A model generated the notes under the pieces. That model was not told where the DNA came from. It saw nothing but the letters and a program-made list of their open reading frames with translations, and made no database searches. The translations under genes were made by a program, and so were the position numbers. This document shows positions 30,882-44,545 of a stretch of 64,000 nt of DNA, one piece after another. Origin of the DNA: Gonapodya sp. JEL0774 (taxonomy: Eukaryota); NCBI GenBank assembly GCA_027604505.1, contig JADIIX010000106.1, forward strand, positions 1-64,000, read 5' to 3'. The first letter of the stretch is position 1; each line of letters begins with the position of its first letter.

Positions 30882-33800
30882 ATGCAAGGCTCTCAAGGAG
30901 CAGCGCAAGGAGGAGTGGTGGTGCAGCAGGCGTCGGGAACGCGGGGGCCTGGCGCTGGCGGAACTCAGGTCGACGCGGAACTCGTTAATTTGAAGAACGT
31001 AGTCGCGCAGGTGCTTCATCGGCGCGGCGTGCTGGGAAAGTTCAAGGTGTGTTCGGGAAACGAACAAAGAGAAAAGTTGGGAGGACTTTGTGCTGGGAAA
31101 CGGTGCTTTTGGTGAAGAGAACGACTGCGGTTATCGAAGAGAAAACGCATCTGCCAGCGAAGGAACAATGAAAATAGTTCGACGTTAGGCTGGTTAGAGG
31201 TGGCATGACTTGTGGAAAGTAGTGAGTTCAGGATGAGGCCGGTGACTCAAATTGCAAACGATTAGACGGCTGGAGCCTTTGCCCGAAGCCTGGATTCGAG
31301 CAGAATGTGGGATATTGCCTCCTCCAAGCTTCACGGGGAAGGACGATGGGGAGGGGCTGTGGTTCTTGAAGGCAGAGATTGCGTTTGGCCACCAAAGACA
31401 ATACGAAGCTCTTGGAGATCATGGAGGTGTATCCCGGTTGCTGGTCAGGAGCCAAAGAGAAGTCTGAGACCTTGATCGGCAGAAGCTTTTATTCCTGATT
31501 GACCGCCGAGGACTCTGTAACGTGCCCTCCATCCACCCGGATGCTTACCACACCCCTCACAACCCCCCAAACGTTCCCTTTAAGGCCCAACTTCGTGCTT
31601 CAGTGTTCTCTGTTATACAGGAACCCATGGGACCAGACGGTGTTGCTTTGTCACGATTCCACGCAGACGTCGACAAGATCGCTACTGTCAGAGAGTCGAG
31701 AGAGGGTGAGTAGTACCTTCAGAACTACACGAGGTAAACTGGGAATCGGACCCATATCGTTTTCGTGGAGAGATGAGGGGACACGTTGGAATAGACTGGA
31801 ACGCAAGATTGTGTTATCATCTTTGCAAACTTGACCCACTCAGTTGACGACTACGAAGTCCGCTCAACAGAAGACGTATCTCTTACCTGCTTCAGAGTAC
31901 TGTAGTGTTGACTCTTTATACCCCGGTCACCGTTCTGGCTTTTGCAAATGAGCCCCTTCGATCTCATTCACCGCCCGTTTTGATGTCCCAAGGTCGCCTT
32001 GCGCTCGAACTCGTTCGAGACCTTCTTGAATGCTGCGAGATGCGTTGCACGTTGTCTGTGATGGCGCCTGAGGCAGGGTTGGTGAGTTGAAGTGTGGATT
32101 GGGAGGGGACTGGAGTAAGTGGGTTGAATTGGATTCGTTGGAGGGGACAAGTAAAAGGGCAAACTTTGAGTCACTCTGTCAGCCATGTACGGGATGCTGG
32201 ATCGGGAGAATTCTCGACTGAGATGCCATCTGCAGGAGAAAGCATAGCCCTCATACCACTTGCGAGGGAGAGCAACGCGAAGGGAGTCGGCAGGTACAGC
32301 CGGCACTAATGGAAAGAAGTGAGACCTTGGTTGTGATTGCACTGAGAACCAGCGTTTGCACTTTCTCTATCGAACCACCACTCACTCAACGACTCTGCCA
32401 TCCACGACAGCCCGAGCCCCTTCCGCCGCCTTCCCCCGCGTCACTCTCACGTGACCTGCTCCTTCCTCCTTCCCCTTCCAACCAACCCATCCTCCTCTCC
32501 CTCCTCAGGGCCTGGCTGTCGAGCCCGCAAAATCCTACCGTCTCCACCTCCTCGCTCAACCTCAACACCGCCGTGAGCTCGACCTCATCCTTACCCTCCG
32601 CCCCTCGTCCTTCCTCCCCTTCACCTCCACCATCCACAAATCCTAGCGCAATGGCAACTCCCCAAACGTCACCTCATGCTTCTCATCAACAACCACCTCC
32701 TCGACCTTCCGCACCCCTCCCTCCGCTACCAGGCCCAGACGCACGTGAAGGAGCCAGAGATCGTGGTGAGCGGGATACAGGAGTGGGATCGAGGATCCCG
32801 CCGCCATCTCCCCTCCCCGGCTCCTCCGCGGCAATGTCTGCTACCTTGACAGCCAATTCACCCTCAACATCTCGAATACCCCCTCCCACACCTGTACCAT
32901 CGTCCGCGTCCGTCTCAGCTGCACCGCATTCGCCACTCTCACCTGTTGCCCCAGCAGGCTCCCTTAACCGTGCCTCCTCCCTCTCCGCTCCTTCACTTTC
33001 CACACCAACCCCAACGTCTCCTGCACCGGGTTCGTCAGGCATCGCCTCCTCACCTTCTGCCCGTTCCTCTCCACTGCCTGCCTCCGTCGGTATCTCCGGA
33101 TCTGCTCCTTCCCTTGCATCACCTTCGCCTCCGGTAGGCAGTGTGTTCGCGCCTCTGTCGCCGAACAAAACTCAAAGTGCTGGGAATCTTGGTCCGGGTG
33201 GTGGTCAACCACCCGGGAGTCCAGGAGAGCGGAGAGTAGATCGAGCGAGTGGGTGTTGTAGTATTTTGCTTTTCTTATTTCTGCGGACTTTGTTAAATGA
33301 AGTTTACCCCTTCATCCCCCGACACCCCATACTTGTTCTCTCTTTTCACAGAGTGGGACGACCACATTCCTCCGCCTAGCCCGCCCCATGGTCCCACCCA
33401 TCTTCCTCATTCCGGCTCCTTGTCGCCCCACTCTCACGGGCACTCCCACTCGTCCGTCCCGACCTCCAGCGCGCCCACCTCTTCTGGGGCCGCAGCGCCC
33501 CCGGGAGCGGGGTTAGTCCGATCAACCAGCTCGTCGTCGTCGCTATCTTCGTTGAGTGCAGCGTCCCTTGGACGGCGGGGAGTAGGTGGAAGCGGTGGTG
33601 GTGGGGCTGGTGGTGGAGGTGCACCAAGGAGCGAAGCGGACTACTATGACGATGACGACGACGCAAGTAGTGGTGTGAGCGGGGTGAGTGGTACAGGGAG
33701 CAGGGATCCAAGGCCACCGGTTGTGCCGGGCCAGACTGGTGGACGAAGGGGAAGACGGACAAACGGGGTTCCCAGTGGAGGTGCACCTGGGCCCGCAGGC

Positions 33801-34210
33801 AACGGCGCAGGGAAACCTGGTGGCCTGCACGGTGTATCAGCACCAGGGCAGGGCCAAGGACAGCAGGGTGGCTCTGGGAGGACGGTGAATCCGAATGGGG
33901 GAAGGGGAAGGCGGCCTGCTGATAAGGTGAGTTTAAAAGGACAAGCCGTGAAGTCTTCATGTTTGTGGACTCATGCACTACACGTCATAATGCTTCTTTC
34001 CCAACCCAATCGACTACGAACTCGAAAAATAAAACAAGACGCCCGATGCCTCGTCTTTCGCAACGTCCGATCGCTCGGCGTCGGTCTCGGAGCTGGCAAC
34101 GCTCGGCCAAGGGTATGACTGGGAAGAGGATGCTGAAACGTGAAGAGGTCGACTCAGGTTGGCCACTGATTTTCTAGCTTCCATCCTTTGCCCTCACTTT
34201 TGGGGTGTGA
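30882..34210 (+). CDS. FOP/FGFR1OP (CEP43)-family centriolar protein: LisH dimerisation domain plus long S/P/G-rich tail
   Basis: Spliced LKNVVAQVLHRRGVLGKFK|AQLRASVFSVI...E|GRLALELVRDLLECCEMRCTLSVMAPEAGL|...PILLSLL matches the FOP N-terminal domain pattern. Confidence 0.8.
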
Positions 34211-35097
34211 GGTATCGTACCACATAGTCTCTTGATGTCTGTTGAATACCAACAAAGCAAGTCTGGATTACCCTGATTTGAGACCCATGTCAGTACGTAT
34301 TTGAAAACACAGCAAACAGTTAAAGAGACGAATTAAATCAACAACAAATTGCGGGCGATCAAGGGCCCGACCTGAACACCTGAACTTCTATAGCGGCGCC
34401 TGGGCGGGGCCCGACTGCTGTGCAAGAGATCTGTTTATTGTAGGTAGTCCACATAACTGCTCCACGAATATTGTTTCCGCCATCTGAAGCCGTGCCCTGT
34501 CGTGCACAAAATACTGTCCATATAAACACTCCTAGTGAGTTGAGACAACACCTTGGTGGAGTGCTTCAGTTCTTCTGTTTCAATTTGTCGGGAATCAAAT
34601 GGCCATGTAGTATGTATACCACCAAAATAGCATTAAAACTGTCAAAAATCTAGCCATAAAATAACTTTTCAGACAATTTGGCACGTTCTGTGTATTGTAC
34701 CATACAGTTTTTCCTTTGAGAAGAATCAATCAATTTTACAACTATAAGCGGAACAAAAATTACTCGGATTGAAGACAGGTGGTTCACAACTTCTAAACGT
34801 GAGATGACGAATCTGCGGTGTTGTCTCCCATCAACACTGTGTAGGACGTTGACATTTTTGCGCGCTCAGAGGCACTTCCATCCAGTTTGCTGCACCAATG
34901 TCTCCTTTGAATAAGTACTGAACTGCTTTACATAAGATGGGCTTGAAGTGCGTGGCTGATGTGAAGGATGCGAACTATGTACTGTGCACACTTGGACCCG
35001 GAGAAACACAAGGGACAAAGAACCTGAATAGCAGGAACAGCAGCAGGTCCCGTCCCCACTCAAATAATTCATTTCATTTCTGAGTTATCCTGTTATC

Positions 35098-36361
35098 ATG
35101 TTCGAGTCAATGCACTATCAAGCTCAAACTTCACGGTCCATTTCCAGTCATTCCTCTCCAAACTCCTCCGGCCCGTCTTCTGTTGGAACGACCCACCGGC
35201 CTGCACAGGACAGACCCCTCCCAGACCCTGGTTTCGACACTGCTTTTCTAGGCGCCCGAATGCGAGGTCAAAGGATTCGACGGTATCGGAGCGAATCGAG
35301 ACTGACGGCGGGACGAAAGGACAGAATGGGCAACAGAAATCTGATTCGCATGAGCTCCGCGGAACAACGGAGCCACCTATCAACCCAAATGGAACCGAGA
35401 GACCAGAACCTCACTGAAATCTCATTCACATCCCGTGGTTCAACCCCAAGTGCTCTACTTCATAGCTTTGGGCAGGCACATGATATTCGGTTGGGTATCC
35501 CTAAACTCCCTTCCATTACAAATTTCAGGGCACTCACCAGCACGGGTTTCTCTACCCTTTAGTCACTTCACAAATCAATCCCGACAGGATGATCAAGAAA
35601 TGATGATGGTTCAAGGAACTGGAGGTGTCTCCTCTTCTCGCCACAACTTTGCGCCGTCCAACGCAGTCATCCACACCGAACCACCGGTCAGCGTTCGACC
35701 ATCACTCTGCGAGATGAACGATGAACCTCAACCCCATCCACCTCCCGAAATGTATTTTCCTCTTGACGAGACGGCCCCACCCACACCAAGCTATGCGAGT
35801 ATTCCGCAGAGTGCACATTTCTCCCTCAGTCCTTATCTGGAGTGGTCGGAAGCACCCGCCACGTCCCCCGATCCTGTCTCCGATCCTCCTCCGACACCAA
35901 ACAACCACACGCTTGAAAAAAGAACCGATTTTCCGTCTGCGTTGCACATTGCTTATAGTGCCGCACGATCTGCTGTGTTGGATCTTGTCAGTGCGGAGCA
36001 ACCCCTGGCGAACGCTAACCGGTGGTCAAAGGGGGATTCGAACAACCCACACGGTACAACAACACCGCACCTGGACTACCCACGGGGAACTGTTTCCTCT
36101 TTTCACAATCATGTGGCATCTTTGGATCTTACGAACAGCCACACTTCTGAACCCCACACCCAGATGCTACTTCCAACCCAGCCCGGCGTTGCAAGAGTCC
36201 CTCGCACCCACATATCGTTTTACCAGGATCTGCGCCAGTACGCAGGGGAGGAGATGCGCCTTGCGTGGGCGAACAGAACGGAACAGATCATGGCGAGGGC
36301 CATCGAAAGGGAAAGGCGGTGGGCGACTGAGAAGAACGACATGGGATACAGATCGGAGTGA
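35098..36361 (+). CDS. Unknown tandem family, paralogue A (FLGAR motif, P/S-rich region, C-terminal YQxLR...WA...ARA helix)
   Basis: PLPDPGFDTAFLGARMR, PPEMYFPLDE and HISFYQDLRQYAGEEMRLAWANRTEQIMARAIERERRW...GYRSE*. The splice joining the two ORFs is unresolved. Confidence 0.65.
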
Positions 36362-36798
36362 TGTTGGACACGGACCTCATCTTCGAGGGTACCGGTTGGA
36401 TGGGGTATTTCCATCTCCGGCTATCTCTCTTTCTTTTCGTTCCATTGGAATAATTGCAACCACGGTTCTGTAATCATGGAAGGTTTGAACGCAGTGTAAT
36501 GGAAGTTGGTGCGCAGAATCATGTGATTTCAAGTCGAGCACCGGACATACATGATCCTGTCTATTTTACACAGAATGGAATCCGCAAACTAATCTAATCA
36601 GATTTAAGAGAGAAACCGGGCAGTTCAAACAATTATGACAGTAATAATTTTGTAAGGCGAACCTCACTGTATTACTTCAGTGGGAGGGGCTGTAATCACA
36701 ATCACCCGCTCGGGAGCTCCTCCCACTGAACCCATCCCCTCCAGGGGAGACAGTTTCATCCACTCCGGACGCGACGCTGCACGAATCCACGGGAACCA

Positions 36799-38411
36799 AT
36801 GGACAATTATGTAGATGGAAGCTGGACGAGGCTAGGTTGGTAGGAGCAGGCTCTGCCGCCGCTCTCAGTTCGGCCCTGGGGAACCCCGCCGTACTGTTTG
36901 AATATCTGCGCCAATGATGTTTCCTTATGTCATGCTCAAACTCTCGCAATTCTCCATTGAAGAATCAACTCGGACGTCGTCTCAGACTTTGCAGCGGGTG
37001 GAAGCTCCGAACCCGACGCCTGCTCCAGAGAGGGGCAGCCTCCGCCCACCACCCATTCCTCAACCTGGGATTCACCCTTCGTTTTTGGGTTCGAGAATGC
37101 AAAGACATAGGAGAGCGTCCAAATTAACAGCCTTTATGAGTGAGTTCTTTATGCTCAATCTTCCAAAGGGTTGGGCAGAGGCAGGAATGGGGACCGACTC
37201 TTCCTAATACCATCAAAATTTCTGTGCTTGATGATCGTGAAAATGTACTTAGGTGATAGTGGTGTCGGTTTTGAACAGAGGTTTGTTGGACCCCATTATT
37301 ATTCCCAAAGTGGTGAAATTAATCGTGCAAAACTTGTGCTTTATTGATTTTCATTACTGCAGCTCTGAACTACGCAAACATCGACAGTTCCTCTTGGAAC
37401 ATAATACGAGGATCGGCAATGAGCTATTCACTTCTTCCGGAAGTTCTTCGGGAGGTTTATCCTCTGCCATTGGAACGAAAGATGCTGCATCGTTGGTATC
37501 CAAAGAACAGGTCCCGCACTACACGGAGTGAAAATCACTCATTAACACGGGCTTACTTGCGTTCTTGTTCTTTCCCAAGTCTGACCCGACAGGGCCGTTC
37601 TCACCGTTTGGCAGGTCCAGCTTCGGGCACCACGAGTGTCCGCACCAGGCACTCTTTGTCGCCGCCAAGACACAGGCCTGCCCGCCTCGCTACAGCATTT
37701 GCAAAGCTACCTTTCAGAAGTCACTCAGCATCAAGCGAGGAACATACATTGCATAAATCGCGTCCACCTTCCAAGATGTATTTTCCACTTGGGGAGGCGT
37801 CCCCATCCCCATCCTTACCGAGCAATGTCAGCATCCTGGAGAGCCCAAACTCACACGCATTCAGAAATTCGGATGCATCTTCGTCCCTCATTCATCATCG
37901 GCAGATTTCGGAAGCTACCGTGATGTCTGCTCCCTTCGATCCGACTTCTCCATCCCCGCACACACTCGAATCACGATCCGTCTTGCAGTCTCAATTAGGG
38001 GCAAAGTATAGTGCTGCACAATCCGCTGCTCTGCAACTTGCAAGTGCACAACAATCCTTGGCAAACGGTTACCTTTTACCACAAGCAGATCATCATCCAC
38101 GGACGATGTCGAGCTTGAGCTATTCGCACCAAAGCCCTACTCCTTCCCTCCGAGTCAATCACTTGTCACCTTTCGATTCCACCAAGAGGAATGCTTCTGT
38201 TCCGCACGGGCGCGCAGTGCTTCCGCCTCAGTCACACGCAACGAGGGTCTCAGGTTCCCACGTATCGCTTTACCAGGAGCTCCGCGAGCAAGCCGGGGAG
38301 GAGACTCGGCTGACGTGGGCCAAGGGGACGGAAGACATCAAGGCGAGGGCTATGGCAAGGCAGAAGTCGTGGGAGAATGAGGGGAGGTATGTGGGATACA
38401 GGTCGGAGTGA
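36799..38411 (+). CDS. Unknown tandem family, paralogue B
   Basis: PIPQPGIHPSFLGSRMQR followed by GTGAGT donor at ~37140; PSKMYFPLGE; HVSLYQELREQAGEETRLTWAKGTEDIKARAMARQKSW...GYRSE*. Start codon tentative. Confidence 0.65.
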
Positions 38412-39145
38412 GACGGTGAACTGGCACGACCGGAAAAAATTACGCAAGGATTCAGATTTCATTTGTGTGACAATAAGCGACAGTATCAATCATGTTTGGG
38501 ATCTCTCATTCTGCTGCATGGTCCTCTTTTTCATCAATGTATTATGTTGTAATATTGTGAACAATTTCGGGAAGTTTTTTGACCGATTCGATCTCTGATG
38601 CTACAATATCAGATGCCCTCCTCAGTCTTCGTTTGCATGTTCGTTCGTGAAGACGGCCTCCAACTGCAATAAGCATGTGATTCATCTTCTGAACTTTCTT
38701 CGCACGGCTTCTTATCTTCTTTCAGCAAGGCTAGTTCTTGGTATTTCCTTTTTGTGGAGTCTTTACATTGTTGTTTCCAGCCGTTCGCCAGCGAGAGCTA
38801 GGCTGATTCCAACCACTTTCTCGTCTCAGAATCTTTCACACCCCGTCCCTGCGGCAAGCCAGCCGCATTCACAGCAATTCAGATGGGGTGTTCCGCGAAC
38901 GAGATGAATTAATTATTTCGTATGTACATATTGCCGGCTGGATTGTCTTAGATCCTGTCCCGAACTGGCAAAAAGCATTAGAGCTACATAGTTAATTTAT
39001 CTATTACACAATAACGTCATCGACAGGCGCTGGGTCCCAGGGACGCAGGTTGGGACGCCAACCCCATCTTACCCCGCTGGTTTGAACCTGCATTGTTTCC
39101 CCAGTTGCATGGAATTTGCCTTGAACGCTGAAGCTGAAGCTCGCG

Positions 39146-40718
39146 ATGCTGCCCACCTTCTCGGCTGCCGAAATCCCTCCAAACTGCGGGATGTTGCGGT
39201 CGTCATGGTTCCCGCTGGTGGGAACCGCCGCCTCCTCCTCGGGTTCTTTCCTGTCTGGTAGCAGCTTTCATGGAATCGGTGGAAGCTATGATACCAACCC
39301 CATCATGACTAGGCAGGACGGTACTGTCCCGAAGGAAACGCTCGTCGACATAAACAACGAGCTTCCCCCGGTTCCATTCAACAAAGGAGTTCAGGCTTCT
39401 TTTCTGGGAGCAAGACTGCGAGCAGTTGCGCATGTAGCAAATCGAGACCGAAAAACTTTTGCATGTACGCCTCTGTCGTCACCTGGTGGTGTTCTACAAA
39501 ATGATTCCCTTGACGACAATGCCCCGTTCATTTCGCATTCAAGGCGATGTATTGGAGTGTCCAGAGATTTTCGCGAACAGGTGAAACGATCGCTCTCAAC
39601 TTTCCTGGACAAGCGCTTAGTTTGTAATTAGTGTTCGTCCTCAACAGCGATGATTTACTTCGTCATAAATTCGAGCACAGTACGCATGTTGAGTCATGAC
39701 AAAGTGCATACACGTTCGCTTCGCTGAGATATCAAAATTCTTTATTACTTTCATGGCTCTTGTTGAGAAGACCGGAAGGGGTGGGTGTTCCTGTTGATGT
39801 TGTGATGATTGCGTCGCACCTTTGAGCCTCACTATCTGTTATCCCAGCGTCACTCCCAACACCATGCGTAGAAGCGCCACGTCTGATTCCGAAATGAACT
39901 TGAATCCAGAAGAAGCTCCGTCGCACTCATTGCCCGACCTCCTTTCGTATCTGCCCGATGGACCAAAACGAGGGGTACCTCCCGGCTCCGACAGCACCAT
40001 GCATCCTTCACCAGTCCTTCCACCCAAAACACATCGCTTAACGATTCCTTCCATTGTGCCAGATGCACCTGCAAAGCCCCGTTCATCTCAGAGCTATTTC
40101 CCTCCCTCTGACAATACTCGCTTCCCGACTCCAGCCCCAGCACATCCTCCACTCGAGAACAGATATCAGGATTTGATACCCAAGCCCATATTCTTTCCAC
40201 CATATCCCGGCAACCCCAGTCAGGCTTTCTCCCCACTCGTAGAGACACGGCGAAACCCATGCGCACCGACCGTGCGAACTGAACCTATGCAGAATCACCC
40301 CGTGTTTCTACAACCTGCCTTAGAACCGTCGCAAACTCAAACCAACTATTACAATACGCTAAACCTCCAGTCGCCACTCGACGTCCCGGTTCTCACCACC
40401 CACCCACTCGACTTCCACTCTCAGAATTCCACGCTCACCGCCAATCCAATGGTGGACCCAACAACTGTCCGCTCAGCAAATGCCGTTCCTACAAACGTGC
40501 GTCCCACAGGAGTGGAAGGAGAATCGGCGCAGTCACCCTCCACCACGATTCGTCCCAGCACCCGATCACGGAGGTCGCATTTCTCAAAGTACCAAGAGCT
40601 ACGGCGCCGTGTTGGTGAGAGCAGTCGCTCGGCGTGGGCAAAAGGAACCGAAGAGATCAGAGCTCGGGCGATGGAAAGGCAAAGATTGTGGGCCTTGCAG
40701 AAGAAACAGGTGGAATAG
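39146..40718 (+). CDS. Unknown tandem family, paralogue C
   Basis: PVPFNKGVQASFLGARLR, SQSYFPPSD and HFSKYQELRRRVGESSRSAWAKGTEEIRARAMERQRLW. Start and introns tentative. Confidence 0.6.
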
Positions 40719-41156
40719 AATTGAATGGTGTGAATCTACAGAGAGAGAAATACTCTGCTGTCTAGTGGGTCTTCCTTTTTGCTACCCGCACCCTGCCGCG
40801 GTCGTGATTCGCAAAAATATACAGTAAACTAAACGTAAACGCAAAAGAAGAACAATAAATCTGGGCGATTATTTATTTGTCGGAAATTCATTTCTGCTTA
40901 CCGTTAGCTTTGCCGCGGAAAGGGGAGGGGGAAGGATGACTTCCACGACTGAACACACATTTACTATACATGCAACAAGAGTCAGCGGTAAAATCATATT
41001 ATCACAGATCTCCCAACAACAAGTCTGTGTCGCCCACCACTCGCAATCTTGTCTATATCGCAGGAAGTCCAAACCATCTAACTCATGCCCATCATACCAC
41101 CCCAGCACCACCCTCATCGCATGTCAACACATTCCACCCTTCAAACCCCTTCCCGC

Positions 41157-43481
41157 TCACTTCGCGTACTTGCCAGTCCACTCCCGGGCTGGTCGTGAGC
41201 ACGAGGGTTCGACAGATGCGCGCGGTTGGCAATGATTTTGCGGAGCGGTTTGGCGACGACGGAATGTGAGCAAAAAATTCGATGGAATGACGAAAACGAT
41301 GGCATTGACAGATTGACAAAACGATGGAACGAGACATCGTTGCAAAATAGCGATGAGTACAAGAAAGTCAGCTGGTGCGACTGGCGAATACCATCCATCT
41401 CTCTCGAACGTAGGCAGTGCTCCTATCCAACCATTAAAACAATCTCATCGAAACGCACACCGTGATTCCATTCTACAGATTCCCTTGGATCCTGTGCCGG
41501 TCTCACAGCTCCATCATCGCGCACATTACGCCACAGTCCGTTCGTTTCAACACCTGGTGCCTCACAACTCACCATTCTGCAACGCGACTTTTTCATTATC
41601 CTTCCACATTTGGGCCACGTCATTGGCAAGGGGGTCGTCAGGGTTGGGGGCTAACGAACAAAACAAAGCGGCGGTGTTTGGTTCAGTAGGTGCCACCGGG
41701 TCCGCGAGTTAGATAAGACGCTTCGATCTAGTTTCTGTTTTGAGATTGCAGATGCACTTCCAGCTCCCGCACCGGACTCTGTTGGACTCTGTCTCGGGCA
41801 AAACCTTTGGCCTTGTTCCACATAATGCCGTTACCCACCCACAGCAATTCTCGACCAAACAACGGAAACTCGCTCTCCCTCTAAGCATAGTGAATCCACT
41901 CATGAACAAGCCCATCCGCTATTTGAGCCGCTGAAACTCCCCTCCACCTTCGAGCGCCTGATGTCCTGCTTCATCATTCCATTGATTTATTGAGTTTCAA
42001 CATACCCGAAAGTAATGCTTGTATGGATAAAAGTACTGTGCGGATCTGGAGTGCGGGGGACCACTTGTCTGGCGGGGTGGAAACGTAGAGGAGTCCGAAC
42101 GGCAACGTGGGGTAAACAGTGGAAGAATGGACGAGTGATGGAGGTCAGTAAAATATCGGTACGATGATAGGTGTTTCAGACGCGGGGGTGAAACGACCAG
42201 TCCTCGTGGGATTCGTGGTAAACGGGGTCACAAGTTGCCCAAGGGAATCCCTGACGAACAACGTGTCACCAACAGTTTCTTACGAGCGAGCAGTGATCCC
42301 GTTTCCATTTATTCCAAAAGTCAAGGGGAAGCAACCGTTCCAGGTGTGACTCGCGGGTCCGCGTTTTTGACCAGATTGCACACCAAGGATGCACCAAATG
42401 CTTTCAGGCGAAATTCTATGAATAGTTCAGCGTTGTGAAAGACGAGCCAACAGCATCATTTCAAGGGTTCGGATTCGCCGGTTGACCCGCTCCAGTTGTT
42501 GAACATTCAAGCCTCACCACGCCCTATGTCACACGAGTCGCGAAGCGTGGAATCCAGAAACTTAGCAGTGAGCATTTGGCATTCCGTGGACTCTGTCTCC
42601 AGGCCCAATTTGGCGATAGCTCAGGAGTTGAGAGTGTGACACTTGATCCGACGAGTTGTTGAGACATGTTCCCCGAGGTCGTGCAGGTTTCAGCGTTCAC
42701 CAGGATGCAATAGTCGCACCGATACCTCGTGGAGACACAAGGGTCGGACAATCCAACACCGGTTCGTGGAGCTTGGTCCACCAAAACCAAAGTCACATCC
42801 GCGAAACCGGACAACTGGAAAACGCACCCTTGAGGATATCCAGGCAAATTCTTCCGAGCTTATCAATGTTAGGGTGGTATATGCGGGTGAGGAATCGAAC
42901 TCTGGGAGGAGCCATGGGGTAATCGTCGGGAAGAAAGAGCTCGAGCTTAAACATGCCCCCTTCGTACGGGGAGTGGGACGGTCCAGCGATGACGACGTCG
43001 AAATAGCGGAGATTTTCTTCGTGTGGCTGAGCGGAGATGCCAGGGGCTGGCTCAGCGAGAAGGCGCTCCGTTTCCTGCAGGTGTGGGTCGTGTCGGTTGG
43101 GGTGGGTCGAAAACCGCGATGATTGAAATGAAGGGGACAAAAATGAGAGTTTAGGCGACACTGAGATTTGGATTCAAGTACCATCACGGCGTTTTTGGGA
43201 AACTGAGAGCTCCTTGGAGGACCAGTGAAGATGGGTGTGCTTGTCAACACGGTGGACAGAGATTGACCCTGACGCGGTGCATTTCCCGGTTCATGCAATC
43301 AATCACTAGATGCTCTTCTACTCGATTCGCGGGGTTGCATTTGTCCGTCGCTCGTCTCGCCGTGTTCCCCGGTCTCTCTGCCCAACCATGATATTCGCCC
43401 GCACTCCTTCGAGCATTGCCCACCCGCGCTGCTGGAGACACGAACCTTAATGATTCTCTTTGGAAGATTTGCGGTCATCAC
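41157..43481 (-). CDS. UBC13: Ubiquitin-conjugating enzyme E2 N
   Basis: [22 protein letters not shown]...[50 protein letters not shown]...|[10 protein letters not shown]. Confidence 0.96.
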
Positions 43482-44545
43482 TATCCGAGTCTCGTTCTGG
43501 GATCTTTAGAGGAGGTCAGTGGATCCGTTATGTCCCGGAGTGACCACGGTATCATAATAAATCTGTTATCAAACCACCACTCGAACCTCAATCGCTTCTC
43601 AATCCCAGGAATTTTGACAATCATTTGGAGTCTCCCAGTGGCTATTGTAGTTAAGCATAGCTTGCATGTCGGAGTTCGTGGGTCCCGGTGGAACTATATG
43701 TCTGAAGTCCAAAACTCGAGCTATGGCATTACTCCTGCACATTTACACCTAACTGTACTCCCATGTATCCAGCTTTTGTGGGAAAACAACTTGTTAGTAC
43801 CCTCGCGTTTATCTAGGAGGACGAGTGATAGACATGAGCCGGCTCACTACACCCACTTCCAACCCCCTCTAGACTCAAACGCACTTTCTATCATCTGGTA
43901 CATAAAAGAACTCTGCAATGGGGTAATAATACAGAACGGCTGTTGCACTTTCATATTAATCCAATTCCCTTCCTCTGTTTCTTCCCGTCCTCACAAGCAG
44001 CTCACTCCCCAAATGGAGCGACGATTGAGGAAGCATGGAGAGCTTTGTCCGCTTCTCTATCCTCATCCGGTGGTGATGTTTTCCGCTGTTCAATACTTAA
44101 TCCATCGTTGAGCGGATGAGCAGCCGGGAATAACATCAGAGTGACTATCATGAATCGCCCTCCCCGTCGATCATACTATTATTCAACCACTCTTTTTCCA
44201 AATTCTCATTATTGACGAGTCGTTTATGTGTGTTCGAGCGACAGGCACGAAGGGGCAAAAAGAGGCAACGTTACAACAACGTACTCACTGATCCTACTTC
44301 TTGGATCATCAAACAAAAACCATTATTACGTTTCGCGCGCTTTCGTATTTTGCGGTTGGGTTGGAGAAGTTTGGTGGTGCGTCACGCCGAAAAGGTACAA
44401 GGCCGGAGTCACGTGACGGTGAAATCTTGCACCATCAATTCGAAATTGCGATAAAGAGACCCGGGGGACTTATATATCGTGGCCGGGGAGAGATTGAAGG
44501 AAATCTTATTACACTTCATTCACTTTTCACGATCTGCAGTCGATA

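Noticed and set aside
32386..33978. G/E-rich and His-rich minus-strand ORFs
   Set aside because: They are antisense to the low-complexity FOP tail.
42516..42521. Possible 6-nt micro-exon (TAG|GGCGTG|GTGAGG) in the long UBC13 intron
   Set aside because: It would insert two residues in the highly conserved LDILKDKWSP segment, and such a pattern can arise by chance.
43416..44111. 231-aa plus-strand ORF
   Set aside because: It has a non-ATG start, overlaps UBC13 exon 1 antisense, and shows no motifs; it is probably intergenic.
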